The notes below the pieces were generated by a model, which searched no databases, was not told where the DNA came from, and saw only the letters and a list, made by a program, of their open reading frames with translations. The translations under genes and the position numbers were made by a program. Positions 22,514 to 35,800 of a stretch of 64,000 bases of DNA are shown in pieces. Source of the DNA: Nitrosopumilus sp. (GTDB taxonomy: Archaea; Thermoproteota; Nitrososphaeria; Nitrososphaerales; Nitrosopumilaceae); the NCBI GenBank assembly GCA_965224195.1, contig OZ245040.1, positions 1,696,001 to 1,760,000 of the forward strand. Direction: 5' to 3'. Each line of letters begins with the position of its first letter. Position 1 is the stretch's first letter.

Positions 22514-22525
22514 CCCCCCCCCCCC
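22514..22525 (-). repeat. G12 homopolymer in the 5' leader of the NHL surface-protein gene
   Basis: 12 consecutive C on + strand, 36 bp upstream of the GTG start. Confidence 0.85.
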
Positions 22526-22774
22526 GATTTCTATAGCAGTGGTATGTCAATAATCGATAATATGCCGGTTTATGCATTTAGAGTGAGCCCCTGTTTTTGG
22601 TAACCACTTTTTGCATAATCTTGCATGCAGTTGATATCATTTATGTGTCATCACCCACAACTCCATAAGCTCATCGGGGGCCTGCCATTTTCTGGGAAAT
22701 AATGAACTGTCAAGTCTTTTGCTCCTGCAAAGTTATCCAGATTATAAGAAAATAAATCACTGTATATTGGATGC

Positions 22775-22886
22775 CATGGCACCTCGATTGCATCACTGCC
22801 ATCCATTGCAGCCTGATCAAAATCCTTCAGCCGCATCATCATTTGCTGCATGGCACCTTGATTGCATCACTGCCATCCATTGCAGC
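22775..22886. repeat. 38-bp direct repeat (one mismatch; 22775-22812, 22849-22886) around a 36-bp unique insert
   Basis: CATGGCACCTYGATTGCATCACTGCCATCCATTGCAGC twice; insert CTGATCAAAATCCTTCAGCCGCATCATCATTTGCTG. Confidence 0.95.
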
Positions 22887-23029
22887 AGTTAATTGTATAT
22901 CATCTGGTGTTACAGCAATTGGTAGGTCTGTTAGATGGACCTTTGATATAATTTTACTATTCTTACCACCGCCATCAGGGTATTATTGTAAACACAGATA
23001 TCAGTATTATTACAGTCCAACTTGGGAAT

Positions 23030-23577
23030 CTATTTTTGCTCAAAATTCCCTTTTAAAGCAGGCATTACATCATATGCCTTGCATAGAAAAGTGATAAACA
23101 CATCCGTCTCATCTTTGATATAATTCTCAATTTTGCCGTATTCTTTATCTTTATACCATGTTGGAATAATTTTGCCATCATGTGGTTTTTTAGCAAATTT
23201 GTCAAGGCCAGAGCCCTTAATTTGTCCACCATTTAGAAGTATTGCAAGTGGGTGCAGATCAATTAATGGCCGTCTAAGAATATCAATCTCAGTAAGACCA
23301 TAAAGTTTAGTCTTTTCTAGTAAGAACATGTACTCAAATTTTAGAGTAAATCCTACTGCAACAAATGCAAAATCACTTTCTGAGGATATCCCCGTGTCAT
23401 CTATGAATTTTTATAATAGATTTTTCTCACCGCCAAGCTCCCATGACTTTAGTATCTTCAAGTCGCCTTCACGCTTGCCTGTATATTCATTTAGCTTGGC
23501 ATACTGTATGGTTATGATCTCGTGTTCTGACGGGTCAACCCAGTAGTCTCAATGTCAAGATAATAATAGTTTGCCAT
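23030..23577 (-). pseudogene. DEDD/RNase H-like 3'-5' exonuclease, frameshift plus stop; paralog of 48834-49382
   Basis: YYLDIETTG, EIITIQY, GDLKILKSWELG, WY....YIKDE. Confidence 0.75.
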
Positions 23578-23907
23578 GCCTTGTATTTTTTTCTGCGCTT
23601 AATATTGTTGTGATAATTTTTTCATTTGTAAAATCAAATGTAAAAATTGAAACACTGTCCCTACTGAGAGTATAATTGAAAATAATATAATGTTGGTCTA
23701 ATCCAACTTTTTGGATTTATTCTGTTCTTTTATGGTTGCTTCTCAACATCCTAAAACATCTCTCAACATTTCATAGGTCACTAAATATGGCATCCATAAT
23801 CATGAAAATAAGAATGAATAGATGGCCAGGCCTGGGTGATCAAAGATCACTGGCATTCGCCGGGGGGGCGGCAGTAAGGTTTTTTTACCAGATCGATAAG
23901 TGAAGTC

Positions 23908-24642
23908 ATGGCTAATCACTCACCGATTGAGTGGACAGAAGCTACATGGAACCCAACCACAGGTTGTACCAAAATTTCTCCAGGCTGTAAGAACTGTTAT
24001 GCCGAAAAACTATCATATAGATTAAAAAAAATGGGCGTAAGAAAATACAAAAACAATTTTAACTTTACAATTCATAAAAACGAACTAAAAGTACCACTAC
24101 GTTGGAAAAAACCAAGAAAAATCTTTGTAAACTCGATGTCCGATCTGTTTCATGAAAAAACTGATTTAACGTTTGTTGCAAAATGTTTTGAAGTAATGGA
24201 TGCTGCATGTCACCATCAGTACCAGATTCTAACAAAGAGGCCGGAGATAATGAGGTTATTTATTGAAAATTATAACAAACTCTTAAAGAAACAGATACGA
24301 GATCATATATGGCTTGGAGTAAGTGTTGAGAACAAAAATACAAAGCACCGTATAAGCATTCTAAGAAGAATAAAGTGTGAGATACGATTTGTCAGTTTTG
24401 AACCACTGATAGGATCTGTTGGTAAGCTCAATCTCAAGGACATTCATTGGGTTATAATTGGCGGTGAAAGCGGACCGTACTTTAGAGATGTGAAAAAAGA
24501 GTGGATTGAGGAGATTATATTGCAAGCACAGCAGCAAAATGTCAAAGTATTTTTTAAACAATGGGGCGGTGTCAGACCTAAAAGTAGAGGCAGAACAATC
24601 AACAACAAACAGTACAATGAATTTCCTACAATGAATCAATAA
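23908..24642 (+). CDS. DUF5131 (phage Gp37/Gp68-like) protein
   Basis: IEWTEATWNPTTGCTKISPGCKNCYA, FVNSMSDLFH, LTKRP, SFEPL, GGESG, FFKQWGG. Confidence 0.92.
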   Translation: MANHSPIEWTEATWNPTTGCTKISPGCKNCYAEKLSYRLKKMGVRKYKNNFNFTIHKNELKVPLRWKKPRKIFVNSMSDLFHEKTDLTFVAKCFEVMDAACHHQYQILTKRPEIMRLFIENYNKLLKKQIRDHIWLGVSVENKNTKHRISILRRIKCEIRFVSFEPLIGSVGKLNLKDIHWVIIGGESGPYFRDVKKEWIEEIILQAQQQNVKVFFKQWGGVRPKSRGRTINNKQYNEFPTMNQ

Positions 24643-24678
24643 TTTTAAACTTGAAATTGTATAGATATGATTTAATAT

Positions 24679-25587
24679 TTGTCTTTATTGATTGATAAAT
24701 CAGAATGGATGAGTAAAAAACTAAAACCTATGTTTAACCTTGGAGTACAATTAGGCAACCATGGAACAACATATTCTCCGGGCAATGTTTGGTCAATCAA
24801 AAAAGAGATGGCAATACATGAATACATCAAACCATATGTTACTATAATTAGAAAGAATAGAGAAAAATGGTTTTATTATGATCCGTTTTGTGGTAGTGGT
24901 TTAATAAAATTTGATAAAAAAATACTGGATGGGGTATGCTTCCCAGGCAGTCCAATAATAACACTATCAAGACGTGAAGATTTTCCTTTTACAAAATATT
25001 TCATGTCAGATAGTGATGATAAGGCCATTCAATCATTGAATCTGAGACTTGAACATATGAAGGTAGATGCCAGAGCTAAGAAGATGACATTTACAGATTC
25101 GTTGGATTTTATTAAAAACCAGTCATCAAAGCATACATCATGCCTTGCAATAATTGATCCAGTAGGCATAAAAGAGATTCCATGGAGCATGATTTCAAAA
25201 ATACTTGCACTTCCTTCTACAGATATGATTGAACTTGTCAACAGCCAGGGGTTAAAACGTTGTTTTAGTGCAGCTACAAAAGACAAGGATTATCAACTTG
25301 GTAATTTTTTAGGAGATAACTCTTGGCAACAGTGTAAAAATGAATGTCAAATAATTGAAAAATATGTCGAAAAAATAAAAAAACTCAAAAAATATGTGTT
25401 AGTGATACCAGTTTATCGAACAAAAGATTACAAGCAGTATGATTTGATTTTAGCAACAGACAGCCGCGGTGGGGAAAAGGTGCTCACATACCTAAAAGAT
25501 AGGCTTGATTCTATTACTACAGAATTGATAAAAAATGTATCTGCTACAGCTTCAGGCAGGCTTAGATCTTTAAATGAATTCTTGTAA
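24679..25587 (+). CDS. Three-Cys-motif partner protein (TcmP-like SAM-binding fold)
   Basis: WSIKK, YYDPFCGSG, GSP, IIDPVG; adjacent to DUF5131. Confidence 0.8.
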   Translation: MSLLIDKSEWMSKKLKPMFNLGVQLGNHGTTYSPGNVWSIKKEMAIHEYIKPYVTIIRKNREKWFYYDPFCGSGLIKFDKKILDGVCFPGSPIITLSRREDFPFTKYFMSDSDDKAIQSLNLRLEHMKVDARAKKMTFTDSLDFIKNQSSKHTSCLAIIDPVGIKEIPWSMISKILALPSTDMIELVNSQGLKRCFSAATKDKDYQLGNFLGDNSWQQCKNECQIIEKYVEKIKKLKKYVLVIPVYRTKDYKQYDLILATDSRGGEKVLTYLKDRLDSITTELIKNVSATASGRLRSLNEFL

Positions 25588-25849
25588 TTATATATATATA
25601 TATATCATTATTGACTATTTTTGCATTCATATGTAATCAACACCGGATTAAATTATATTCTTAATCCTATTGGACTATAACAAAAATATAGTTGCACAGT
25701 ATAAAAAAAATTAAAGATCGAAATTAGGTCCACCATATAATGAATCTATTTTTCGTATCTCTTCCTTTATGTGAGTTATTTTACTTTGTAGTACATTTGT
25801 GTCAAAAGTCCATCCAAGAGTAACGATCTTTTAATGATATTATACACGC

Positions 25850-26836
25850 TCAATTGAATCTAGATACTGCAGCAACTGCAGCAACAACAATGCCCACAGG
25901 CAGTACCCCATACATCAGTAAGTTAAGCACGATGACAAATGAGCCGTGCAGTACGACTGAGAGTTCGCTGGCAGGATCTGCCAGACCCATCACATTTAAC
26001 GAGTATATCATTGGGGTAATGTATATCTTGACTGCCTCTCTGAACATGGGATTCTCCCGCTGATAGTCTGAGACTAGTGGCGAGAATGCATAATAAAGCG
26101 AGTTAAATGACTCCATAAAGATGCCTGCTGACTGTGTGTGTGAGAGCTGGTTGTCCCTTATTTCACGCAGCATCTGGACTTGGGGTGCCAGTTCTGTTCC
26201 ATAGGCAGCTGTGGCAATGAGGCATCCGCCGCCGTCTCCATTATTCTTCTCATCAGTACTCACAGCGGATTCTGCCACACATTTGCCGTCATGCAAAATT
26301 GTACCAGGACCGCACGTCATCTCTTTTGTGGGCTCTTCTTTTATTGGTTCTGGAACATATCCATCAGGCACATCACCACTACTACTACTACTGCTACTGC
26401 TATCATTACCACTACTGCTATCATCACTTTGTTTGACAGTTACAGTGCCGCTCATCCAGGGTTGCAGCGGTGAGAAAAACTCAACAGAGCCGGATTTCAC
26501 AAAGGTGTAAGAGAATGACCCGTTAGGTAAAATCACGCCTGAGTCAAACAGAACACCTGCATCATCATCGAGAATCCTGCCAGATACAACGCCGACAGGG
26601 TACGACTGTTCATTGTGCCATGTTACGGTGTCATGCTGGCTTATCTGCATCAGATGGGCAGACCAGCATGTGGCATCCTCCTCACACCCGGAAAAATTAT
26701 CACTGGCAGCAACAAACACGTCATATGATTCAGCAGCATACGCCATTCCGACTGGAACAAGCAAAATCAATAAAAGAATGCAGGAAAAACCATACATTGT
26801 AAAACCATTTACCGAATCAGTCATCATCATCATCAT
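25850..26836 (-). CDS. Cupredoxin-like domain plus CFI-box-CTERM membrane protein
   Basis: DTVTWHN, FDSG, FSYTF, PWMSGTVTV; GGGCLIATAAYGTELAPQVQMLREIRDN; canonical Cu ligands appear substituted. Confidence 0.85.
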   Translation of the reverse strand: MMMMMTDSVNGFTMYGFSCILLLILLVPVGMAYAAESYDVFVAASDNFSGCEEDATCWSAHLMQISQHDTVTWHNEQSYPVGVVSGRILDDDAGVLFDSGVILPNGSFSYTFVKSGSVEFFSPLQPWMSGTVTVKQSDDSSSGNDSSSSSSSSGDVPDGYVPEPIKEEPTKEMTCGPGTILHDGKCVAESAVSTDEKNNGDGGGCLIATAAYGTELAPQVQMLREIRDNQLSHTQSAGIFMESFNSLYYAFSPLVSDYQRENPMFREAVKIYITPMIYSLNVMGLADPASELSVVLHGSFVIVLNLLMYGVLPVGIVVAAVAAVSRFN

Positions 26837-29800
26837 TTTAAGACGCCCACCATGTAAGACAAGACTATCTTTAGCTGCTCTACTGAAATCTGATTTTTAT
26901 ATACCATCTCTCCAAGGTGTTTCTTTATCCATTTTGGCAATGATACGTCAGGTGGCAGGTCATTTGTAATGCCAAGTGACTTTATCAGCTCAGCATCAGT
27001 TGCAGAGAATTCAGAGTATCCTGCCCATCTCTTTATCATCTCATTTTGTTTTTTGATGGCATCAGTGCTCTGGGTGTCAGATGATGGTGGTAGCAGTTTA
27101 ATCATGTCATCATCTTGGGCGATGGCTGTCTTTGATGCATCAAGGCATGTTCCATCATGATTCATCACCTGCTCAGACAGACATGCAAAGGTTCCAGGTT
27201 CAGGGTCCATACATAAGCCAGTATCCAGCAACAACTTGCCTGCATCACATGATGATGTGATAGTGTCAGAAGAAGAAGAAGAAGAGGAACTGCCGCCTGA
27301 TGATGAAGAGGAACTGCCGCCTGATGATGAAGCAGTGTCAGAAGAAGATGAAGAACCTTGCGCATCATTCTGTGCTGTTACAGTCAGGGCATTATGAATG
27401 GTAAATGTCAGGGCATTTCGCCTGTCATCCCATGCATATATTTGAATGTCAGAGGTATCCATTGCTTTGCCAAAGGTTACAGAATAGTCCCATGTTGCAA
27501 CGCGTACATCAACTTTGGCAATACTGACAGACGCATTCTCAATTAGTCCGTTTGGATCAATTATTTTCAGGGAGTTGCTGTTATTATCATTGTTGCCATC
27601 ATTGTATTTTTTGTCCCAGACTAGTTTTGTGTCACTGTCACATATTTGGTTGTTTGATATTTGCTTGTTCAAACACAGCTCAACATGAGAGATGCTCTCC
27701 CATGACATGTTATCGTGCATTGTCAATGATATCGGGATTGATTGGCCTGTCTGTACTAGTACGGGGTTGTCTAGTGTATAATCTAATCGGGATGGCTCTG
27801 GAGATATTCCCACTGTTCCGATGAATATGGTGTGGGTTTTCCCATCAAAGGAGGTGGTGGGGAATGAAGGCGGAGTGGACTCGGTACTGCTGCTACTGCT
27901 ACCTCCTCCAGAACTACGGCCAGTTCCTGTAATGATAATGTGATTGTCCGGTGATGCATCTATTTGATTGCCTGAAACATCAGATACAGCTCCTTTCAGG
28001 ATGTCCAGTTGTGGGGTAGTCAGTGCAATGACTGATTCCCTTTGGGATGCAGTCAGCTCAATCTCTATGAAATTACTGTTGCCGACAGTTTCAATGCTGG
28101 CACCAGTCAGTGAAATCTCATTGGTATTTCCTGACTCACTGATGAATAATTTGGATAGATCAAGAGAGGAAGCCAATGCGTACTCGTGGATATCTCCACC
28201 AGTAGCACCTACAACAAACATCTTTGTTCCAGCTGGGTTAAATGCCACACCTGTTGGATTTGCATCCTGTAAAGATACTGAGAAAGTGTCTGCATGGGTG
28301 GGGGCAGATATGTCAAAGGGGGCAGACAGGGCGTACTCGTGGATGGCATCACCAGCATCACCTACAACAAACATCTTTGTTCCATCTGTGTTAAATGCTA
28401 CATCTGCCGGAGTTGTATCCTGGTCAGATACTGGGAAAGAGACATCTGCAAAGACGGAGGAGGATACGTCAAAGGGGACAGATAATGTATACTCGTAGAC
28501 ACGATCATTTTGAGCACCTATAACAAACATCTTTGTTCCATTTGTGCTAAATGCCATGCCTGTTGGACTAGCGTCCCGATCAGATACTGGGAAAGAGTCA
28601 TTTGCAAAGACGGAGGAGGATACGTCAAAGGGAGTAGTTAATGTGTACTCGTGGATCTCTCCACCAGTATTACCTACAACAAACATCTTTGTTCCATTTG
28701 TGTTAAATGCTACATCTGCCGGAGTTGCATCCTGTGCAGATACTAGGAAAGGATCATCATCTACAAAGGAGAGAGTAGATACGTCAAAGGGGTCAGACAG
28801 TGTGTACTCGTTGATATCCTTACCAGCAGCACCTATAACAAACATCTTTGTTCCATTTGTGCTAAATGCCATGCCTGTTGGACTAGTTTCCTGCGTACCT
28901 ACTGAGAAAGATCTGTCTGTATGGGCGGCAGTAGACAAGTCAAAGTCCCCGTTTGCTATTATCTCATCAAAAGTTACTGCCAAGACTCCGGTTCCCTCAT
29001 TTAGTGCGGCTGAATCAAATGTTGGCGGGGTATTGTCAGCAGATGGTGATACTGGCACAACAGGTACTACAGGCACTGGTGGTGCGACAGGCATATTAAG
29101 GATGACATGTGCAAAAGACTCTAAACTATCATAGTTTGCTACAGTAACAACTGCATATACAACTATGCGGTATGACTCACCTGATGTCAGGCCTGTTATC
29201 GTATGTAAGGTGTTAATCATATCACTGTCGTGTTCAGGTATACGATCACCGGTAGCAGGATTATAGACCTCCACGGTATATAATATATCATCAATAGTAT
29301 AGAATGGATTGGCAGGTATTGCAGGTGCAGTCCAAGTGATTTCAGCGGCTGTGCCGTTTATTATATTGACTGAAAGGTTAGTTGGCTTATTAAGTGACGG
29401 AGGTATCGGCATATCAAAGGATACAGCTGCGGTAGGTTGGGAGGACAGAACGGTTGAATCTGACGACAGGGCTTTTACCTCTACGGTTACCTCATAAGAT
29501 TCGCCAGGTGTCAGGCCTGTTGCCGTATGTGTGGTAGTGGTGCCGTCAGATATGGTATACGGTACGGTGGTGCCATCAGCAACATCAGTGACATTCACGA
29601 GATAGGATACGTCACTAATGTCATAGAATGAATTGGCAGGTATTGCAGGTGCAGTCCAAGTGATGGTAGCTGTGGTGCCAGATACATCCACTGAAAGGTT
29701 AGTTGGAGCAGCAAGTGGTGGTGGTACTGCTGCTACACTGTTAGTTACTGCAATTGCATTGTTTAGTGCTGCAAGAATTTGATTGCCTGAAACATCAGAT

Positions 29801-32800
29801 ACTGCCGCTGCCAAGATGTCCAGTTCTGGAGTAGTCAATGCAAGGGCTGACTGTAATTGAGGTGCAGTCAGCTTGATCTCTATGGAGGTACTGTTGCCGA
29901 CAGTTTCAATGCTGGCACCGCTCAGTGCCGTGCCGGTACCATTAACACTTCCCGACTCACTGATGAGCAGTTTGGACAGGTCAACTGGAGTGGCTAATGT
30001 ATACTCGTAGACATTAACACCTACAGCAAACATCTTTGTTCCATCTGGGCTAAATGCTACACCTAACGGAGTAGTGTCCTGTGAACCTACTAAGAAAGTG
30101 CCTGTATGGGTGGGGTCAGATATGTTAAAGGGGGCAGTTAATGTGTACTCGTAGATTTTGTTAGTACTATAACCTACAACAAACATCTTTGTTCCAGATG
30201 GGTCAAATGCTACACCTGTTGGATTCAAGTCCTCTGAACCTACTGAGAAAAGGTCTGTATAGGTGGGATCAGATATGTTAAAGGGAGAAGATAATGTGTA
30301 CTCGTAGACATGATCATATTGATCACCTACAACAAACATCTTTGTTCCAGCAGAGTTAAATGCCATGCCTTCTGGATGATCGTCCTGTGAAGTTACGTTA
30401 AAAGTGCCTATATGGGTGGGATCAGATATGTTAAAGGGGGCAGTTAATGCGTACTTGTTGATATCCCCGTCAGAATAACCTACAACAAACATCAGTGTTC
30501 CATTTGTGCTAAATGTTACATCTGACGGAAATGTGTCATGTGAAGTTACGTTAAAAGTGCCTATATGGGTGGGATCAGATATGTTAAAGGGGGCAGTTAA
30601 CTTGTACTCGTAGATACTATCATTGTTATCACCTGCAACAAACATCAGTGTTCCATTTGTGCTAAATGCTACACCTTGTAGAGATGTGTCTGAAGATACT
30701 GAGAAAGAATTGTCTGTATAGGCGGCAGTGGATACGTCAAAGCCCTCGTTTGATATTGTCTCATCAAAAGTTATTGCCAGGACTCCTGTCTTCTCATCTA
30801 GTGCGGCTGACTCAAATTTTGGCGGGGTATTGTCAGGTGTAACTGCAGTAGGACTGCCCGGTGATGGCGGCTGTACAGCATTGGTGGTAGTCACAGAATT
30901 GTCTGTTGCTGTGTCAATGGCATTTCCTGATATGTCCCGTACGGCGCCTACCCCAATGTCAAGCTGCGGTGTAAGAGAGTTTGCAAGTACTGTGCTTATC
31001 TGTGGCAAAGTCAGCTGAATCAGGATTTCAGTGCTGTTGCCTGCTGTTTGAACTGCCGCACCGTCAAGTGACACCTGGTTTACAGTGTTAGGTGCGCTGA
31101 GGAACAGCTTTGTCAGGTCAATGTCCGTAGTTGGCGTGTTGTCTATTCTCTCATCAAATACAATTGTCAGCATGCCAGTACCTGCATCAAATGCGGCTGA
31201 CTCAAAGGCGGGCTTTACAGTATCAGCAGTGACATTCACGGTATTGTCATCTGATGCGTCAATGGCATTTCCAAACAGGTCAGTTACTGCAGAGTCTGCA
31301 ATGTCAAGCTGCGGTTCAGTAGAGTTGCCAATTACGTTGGTCCTCTGCCTCTCAGTTAGGGTAATTGCAATCTCAGCGCTGTGGCCAGTTGTGTCAATGC
31401 TTGCACCGGCAAGCGGTGTCTGGTTTACTGTGTTAGGTGCGCTAAGGAACAGCTTTGCCAGATTAATGTCTCCAGATAGACTGTTGTATATTGGTTCATC
31501 AAATTCGATTGTCAGTTTGCCAGTACCTGCATTAAATGATACAAAATACAAATTAGGCCCTAGGTCATCTGCAATGACAATGTTACTGTTCATGCCCAGC
31601 GAGCCAAAGGTCTTCGGAGGATTTACGCTCAGTACAATTCCTTTTGGAGGCAGCGTCTGGTCGGCATTGGCGTGCGGGAATGCGGCATCGCGGATGATGT
31701 TGTCATTTAGTAGCAAGGCATTCGTACCACTATATTCAAGTTTAGACGTCTGCTCACCAGGCTGAATTGAATAAGTAAAATGCAGCGTGTCAGTGTTGTT
31801 GCCTGAGGCATACCCAGCTACTGCGCCAGAACCAAATAAAACGCTGTCTACATTCAGATGGATATACGGTGTGCCAGTAACAATTACAGGCGCAGAAAAG
31901 TGCACAGAGATGTCAATTTCTCCCAAGGTGCCATATGTGCCGTCAGCATTGTCAGAGGAGACGGCATTTACGACTATCTCCTTTTGCATATACATTACAT
32001 ATATGGCCCCCTTGTCTGCTCCATCAGTGTCATCAAGGTCCGCACCTGCCACAATATCTGGTATGCCATCATCATCCAAGTCGCCAATCAGTGCAACTGA
32101 GGAGCCGAACTGGTCGCCATCAAATACTTCTGCATCATCAGGGCCGCCGCCGCCGGGGGAGGCAGAGCTGTCAATCACTTTAGTCGCCTTTACTGAGCCG
32201 TCAATGTTGTTCATGAGCAGGACGTATACGGCGCCAGTATCAGCTTTTCCTCCGGCAGCTCCCTGTACGCCCACTGCGATATCTGGGGCACCATCACCAT
32301 TGATGTCGCCAATGCCTGCAACTGAGGAGCCAAACTGGTCATAGTCAAGTATTGTGGGGACGTTTGCAACAGTATCGTCAATCCTTTTGGTGCTACTTAC
32401 TGTACCATCAGAGTTCATGAACAAGATAAATACGGCGCCACCGTCATCGGCTGTATCACTATCCCTTTCTGCGCCCACTGCAATGTCTGCGGTGCCGTCG
32501 TTATTCAGGTCTCCAATGTTTGCCACTGATGAGCCAAAATAGGAATAATCTGAGATGGTGGGGCCGGAGTTAGTAGAACCGTTGATCTCAACTGATCTCT
32601 TTATCGAGCCGTCAGCATTCATGAGCATGACAAATATGGCGCCATCGTTAAAGTAATTTGTGTCAGCCAGTGGCGCGCCTGCCACGATATCTGGGATGCC
32701 ATCACCGTCAAGGTCGCCAATGCCTGCAACTGAGTAGCCAAAGTTGTCATCATCTGAGAGGACGGGGCCGTTTGCAGTGGAATTTTTGATTGGACTGTAG

Positions 32801-35800
32801 CTTTTTGCGGTACCGTCAGGGTTCATGAACAGGACGTATACGGCGCCAGTATTAGTCGTACGGCCATTGTTATCATCCTGATATGCGCCCACTGCAATGT
32901 CTGTGGTGCCATCACCATCAAGGTCTCCAATGGATGCCACTGAATAGCCAAAGCCGTCATGGTCAGAGAGGTAGTAATTATTGCTGCCAAATTCGGGGTT
33001 ACTGATCTGGGCTGTTCTCTTTATAGTGCCATCACGATTCATAAATAAAATGTGGATGGCGCCCTTGTCAGTTCCTCCATGATCATCCTTGTATGCGCCT
33101 GCTACAATATCTGGGATGCCATCACCATCAAGGTCACCTATTCCTGCAACTGATGCGCCAAACAGGTCGCCATCAGAGAGGATGGGGCCGTCAGCAGTAG
33201 TGTCATCAATCCTTTGGGTGCTTTTTACTGTGCCGTCAGCGTTCATGAACATGGTGTAGATGGCGCCCTTGTAGATATCATTTGGATTTTGAGAATTGAT
33301 ACCCACTGCAATATCTGCGATGCCGTCGTCGTTGATGTCGCCAATGCCTGCAACTGAGGAACCAAACTGCTCTTGGTCGAAGAGGACGGGGCCGTTTGCA
33401 GTGGAATCGTCAATCTTTGCGGTGCTCTTTACGGTACCGTTAGTGTTCATGAGCATGACAAATACGGCGCCCCTCCTATCACCTCCGGTGGGATCCCCTG
33501 GTGCACCCACTACAATATCTAGGACACCATCACCATCCAAGTCTCCAATGTTTGCCACTGATGTGCCAAAATAGGAATAATCGGCGGGGACGGGGCCGGA
33601 GTTAGTAGAACTGTCAATCTTTATGGTGCTCTTTACCGTGCCGTCAGTATTCATAAATAAGACGTATACGGTACCCTTGTTGTCATTGCCTGGTGCACCC
33701 ACTGCAATGTCTGTGGTGCCGTCATTATTCAGGTCACCAATGCCTGCAACTGATGCGCCGAATTTATCATAATCGGCGAGGGCAGGGCCGTCTGTAGTAG
33801 AATCGTCAATCTTTATGGTGCTCTTTACTGTACCATCAGAGTTCATAAGTAAAATGTGTATGGCGCCCCTGCCATCACCTCCGGTGCCATCTACTGGTGC
33901 GCCTGCTGCAATGTCTGAGACGCCATCATCATCCAAGTCTCCGATTAGTGCGACTGAAGAGCCGAATTCATCATCGATGGAGAGGACGGGGCCGTTTGGA
34001 GTAGAATCGTCAATCTTTACAGTCTCTTTTACTGAACCGTTAGTGTTCATAAGTAAAATGTGTATGGCGCCCTTGTCTCGTCCTCCGGTGTCATCGTAAT
34101 TTGCGCCTGCTACAATATCTGGGATGCCGTCGTTATTCAGGTCACCAATTGATGCTACTGATATGCCGAATCTATCATCAGTGGAGAGGGTGGGGCCGTT
34201 TAAAGTAGAACTGTTGATCTCAACTGATCTCTTTATGGTGCCGCCAGTATTCATAAATAAAATATGTATAACACCGGTGCCGGCTCCTCCATGATTATCC
34301 TGGTATGCGCCCACTGCAATATCCTCAACGCCATCACCATCAAGGTCGCCAATGCCTGCAACTGAGTAGCCAAAGCGGTCGCCATCAGAGAGGATGGGGC
34401 CATCAGCAGTAGTGTCATCAATCTTTACAGTCTCCCTTGCGCTGCCTGTCCCATGCGGGGCAATGGCATCAAGATAGATGATGTGTACGGCCCCTGTGTT
34501 AGATCCCCCATCATTTGTGCCCTCATAAGGTGCGCCTACTGCAATATCTGGCATGCCATCACCATTAAGGTCGCCAATGTTTGCCACTGATGTGCCGAAA
34601 TTCGAATCACTGCCAAAGACAAGGCTGTCTGTGGTAGAATCGTCAATCTTTGCAGTACCATTTACTGTACCATCAGAGTTCAAAAGTATAATGTAGATGG
34701 CGCCGCTGTCATTGCCTGATGCGCCAACTGCAATATCTGTGGTGCCGTCAGAGTTGATGTCTCCAATGGATGCCACTGATGCGCCAAAAAAGAAATAATC
34801 TGCAAGTGAGGGGGGGCCGTTTGTGGTGGAATCGTCAATCTTTGCGGTGCTCTTTACGGTGCCGTCAGTATTCATGAATAAGACGTATACGGTACCCTTG
34901 TTGTCATTGCCTGGTGCACCCACTGCAATGTCTGCGATGCCGTCGTTATTCAAGTCTCCAATGTTTGCCACTGATAAGCCAAAATAATTAACTAGATGGG
35001 AGGCGACAGTTGTACCAAAGTCGTCAATCTTTTGGGTGCTCTTTACTGTACCATCAGGGTTCATAAATAAAATGTGGATGGCGCCCTTGCCAGATCCTCC
35101 GCCGGAATCATTATTTGATGCGCCCACTGCAATATCTGTGGTGCCGTCATTATTCAGGTCACCAATGCCTGCAACTGATGCGCCAAACATGTCATGGTTA
35201 GCAAGTACAAGACTGGCTGTAGTAGAGTCGTCAATCTTTACGGTGCTCTTTACTGAACCATCAGTGTCCATGAGCATGACGTATACGGCGCCCCTGTAGG
35301 ATCCTTGAGTGCTGGTAATGCTTGCACCTGCTACAATATCTGGGATGCCATCACGATTCAGGTCTCCTATTCCTGCAACTGATGCGCCAAAATCATCACT
35401 ACCGACGATATCAGTAGGACCGTTGGCAGTGGAACCGTTGATCTCAGCTGTTCTCTTTATGGAGCCATCAGGGTTCATGAACAGGACGTGTACGGCGCCA
35501 GTGCTGGCTGCCACAGTGAGGCCTCCAGTCAAACCCACTGCAATGTCTGCAGTACCGTCGCCGTCCAAGTCTCCTATTCCTGCAACTGATGTGCCAAAAT
35601 AGGAATCATCTAAGAGTGGGGGAAGATTTGCAGTAGAGTTGTTGATTTTTACAGGAGGGGCAGTGGAGCTCGGATATGCATAGTTGTTTGCATATGCCAC
35701 ACTGTCACCAAACTCTAGCTTTAGGTGGTGCTTTCCGGGGGTGTGGACCAGCATCTCAAAGGAGCTGGTGGTGCTGTCACCTGAGTAATCTGGAAATACG

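Noticed and set aside
25589-25606. (TA)n microsatellite after the TcmP-like gene
   Set aside because: Intergenic between convergent genes with no evident function.
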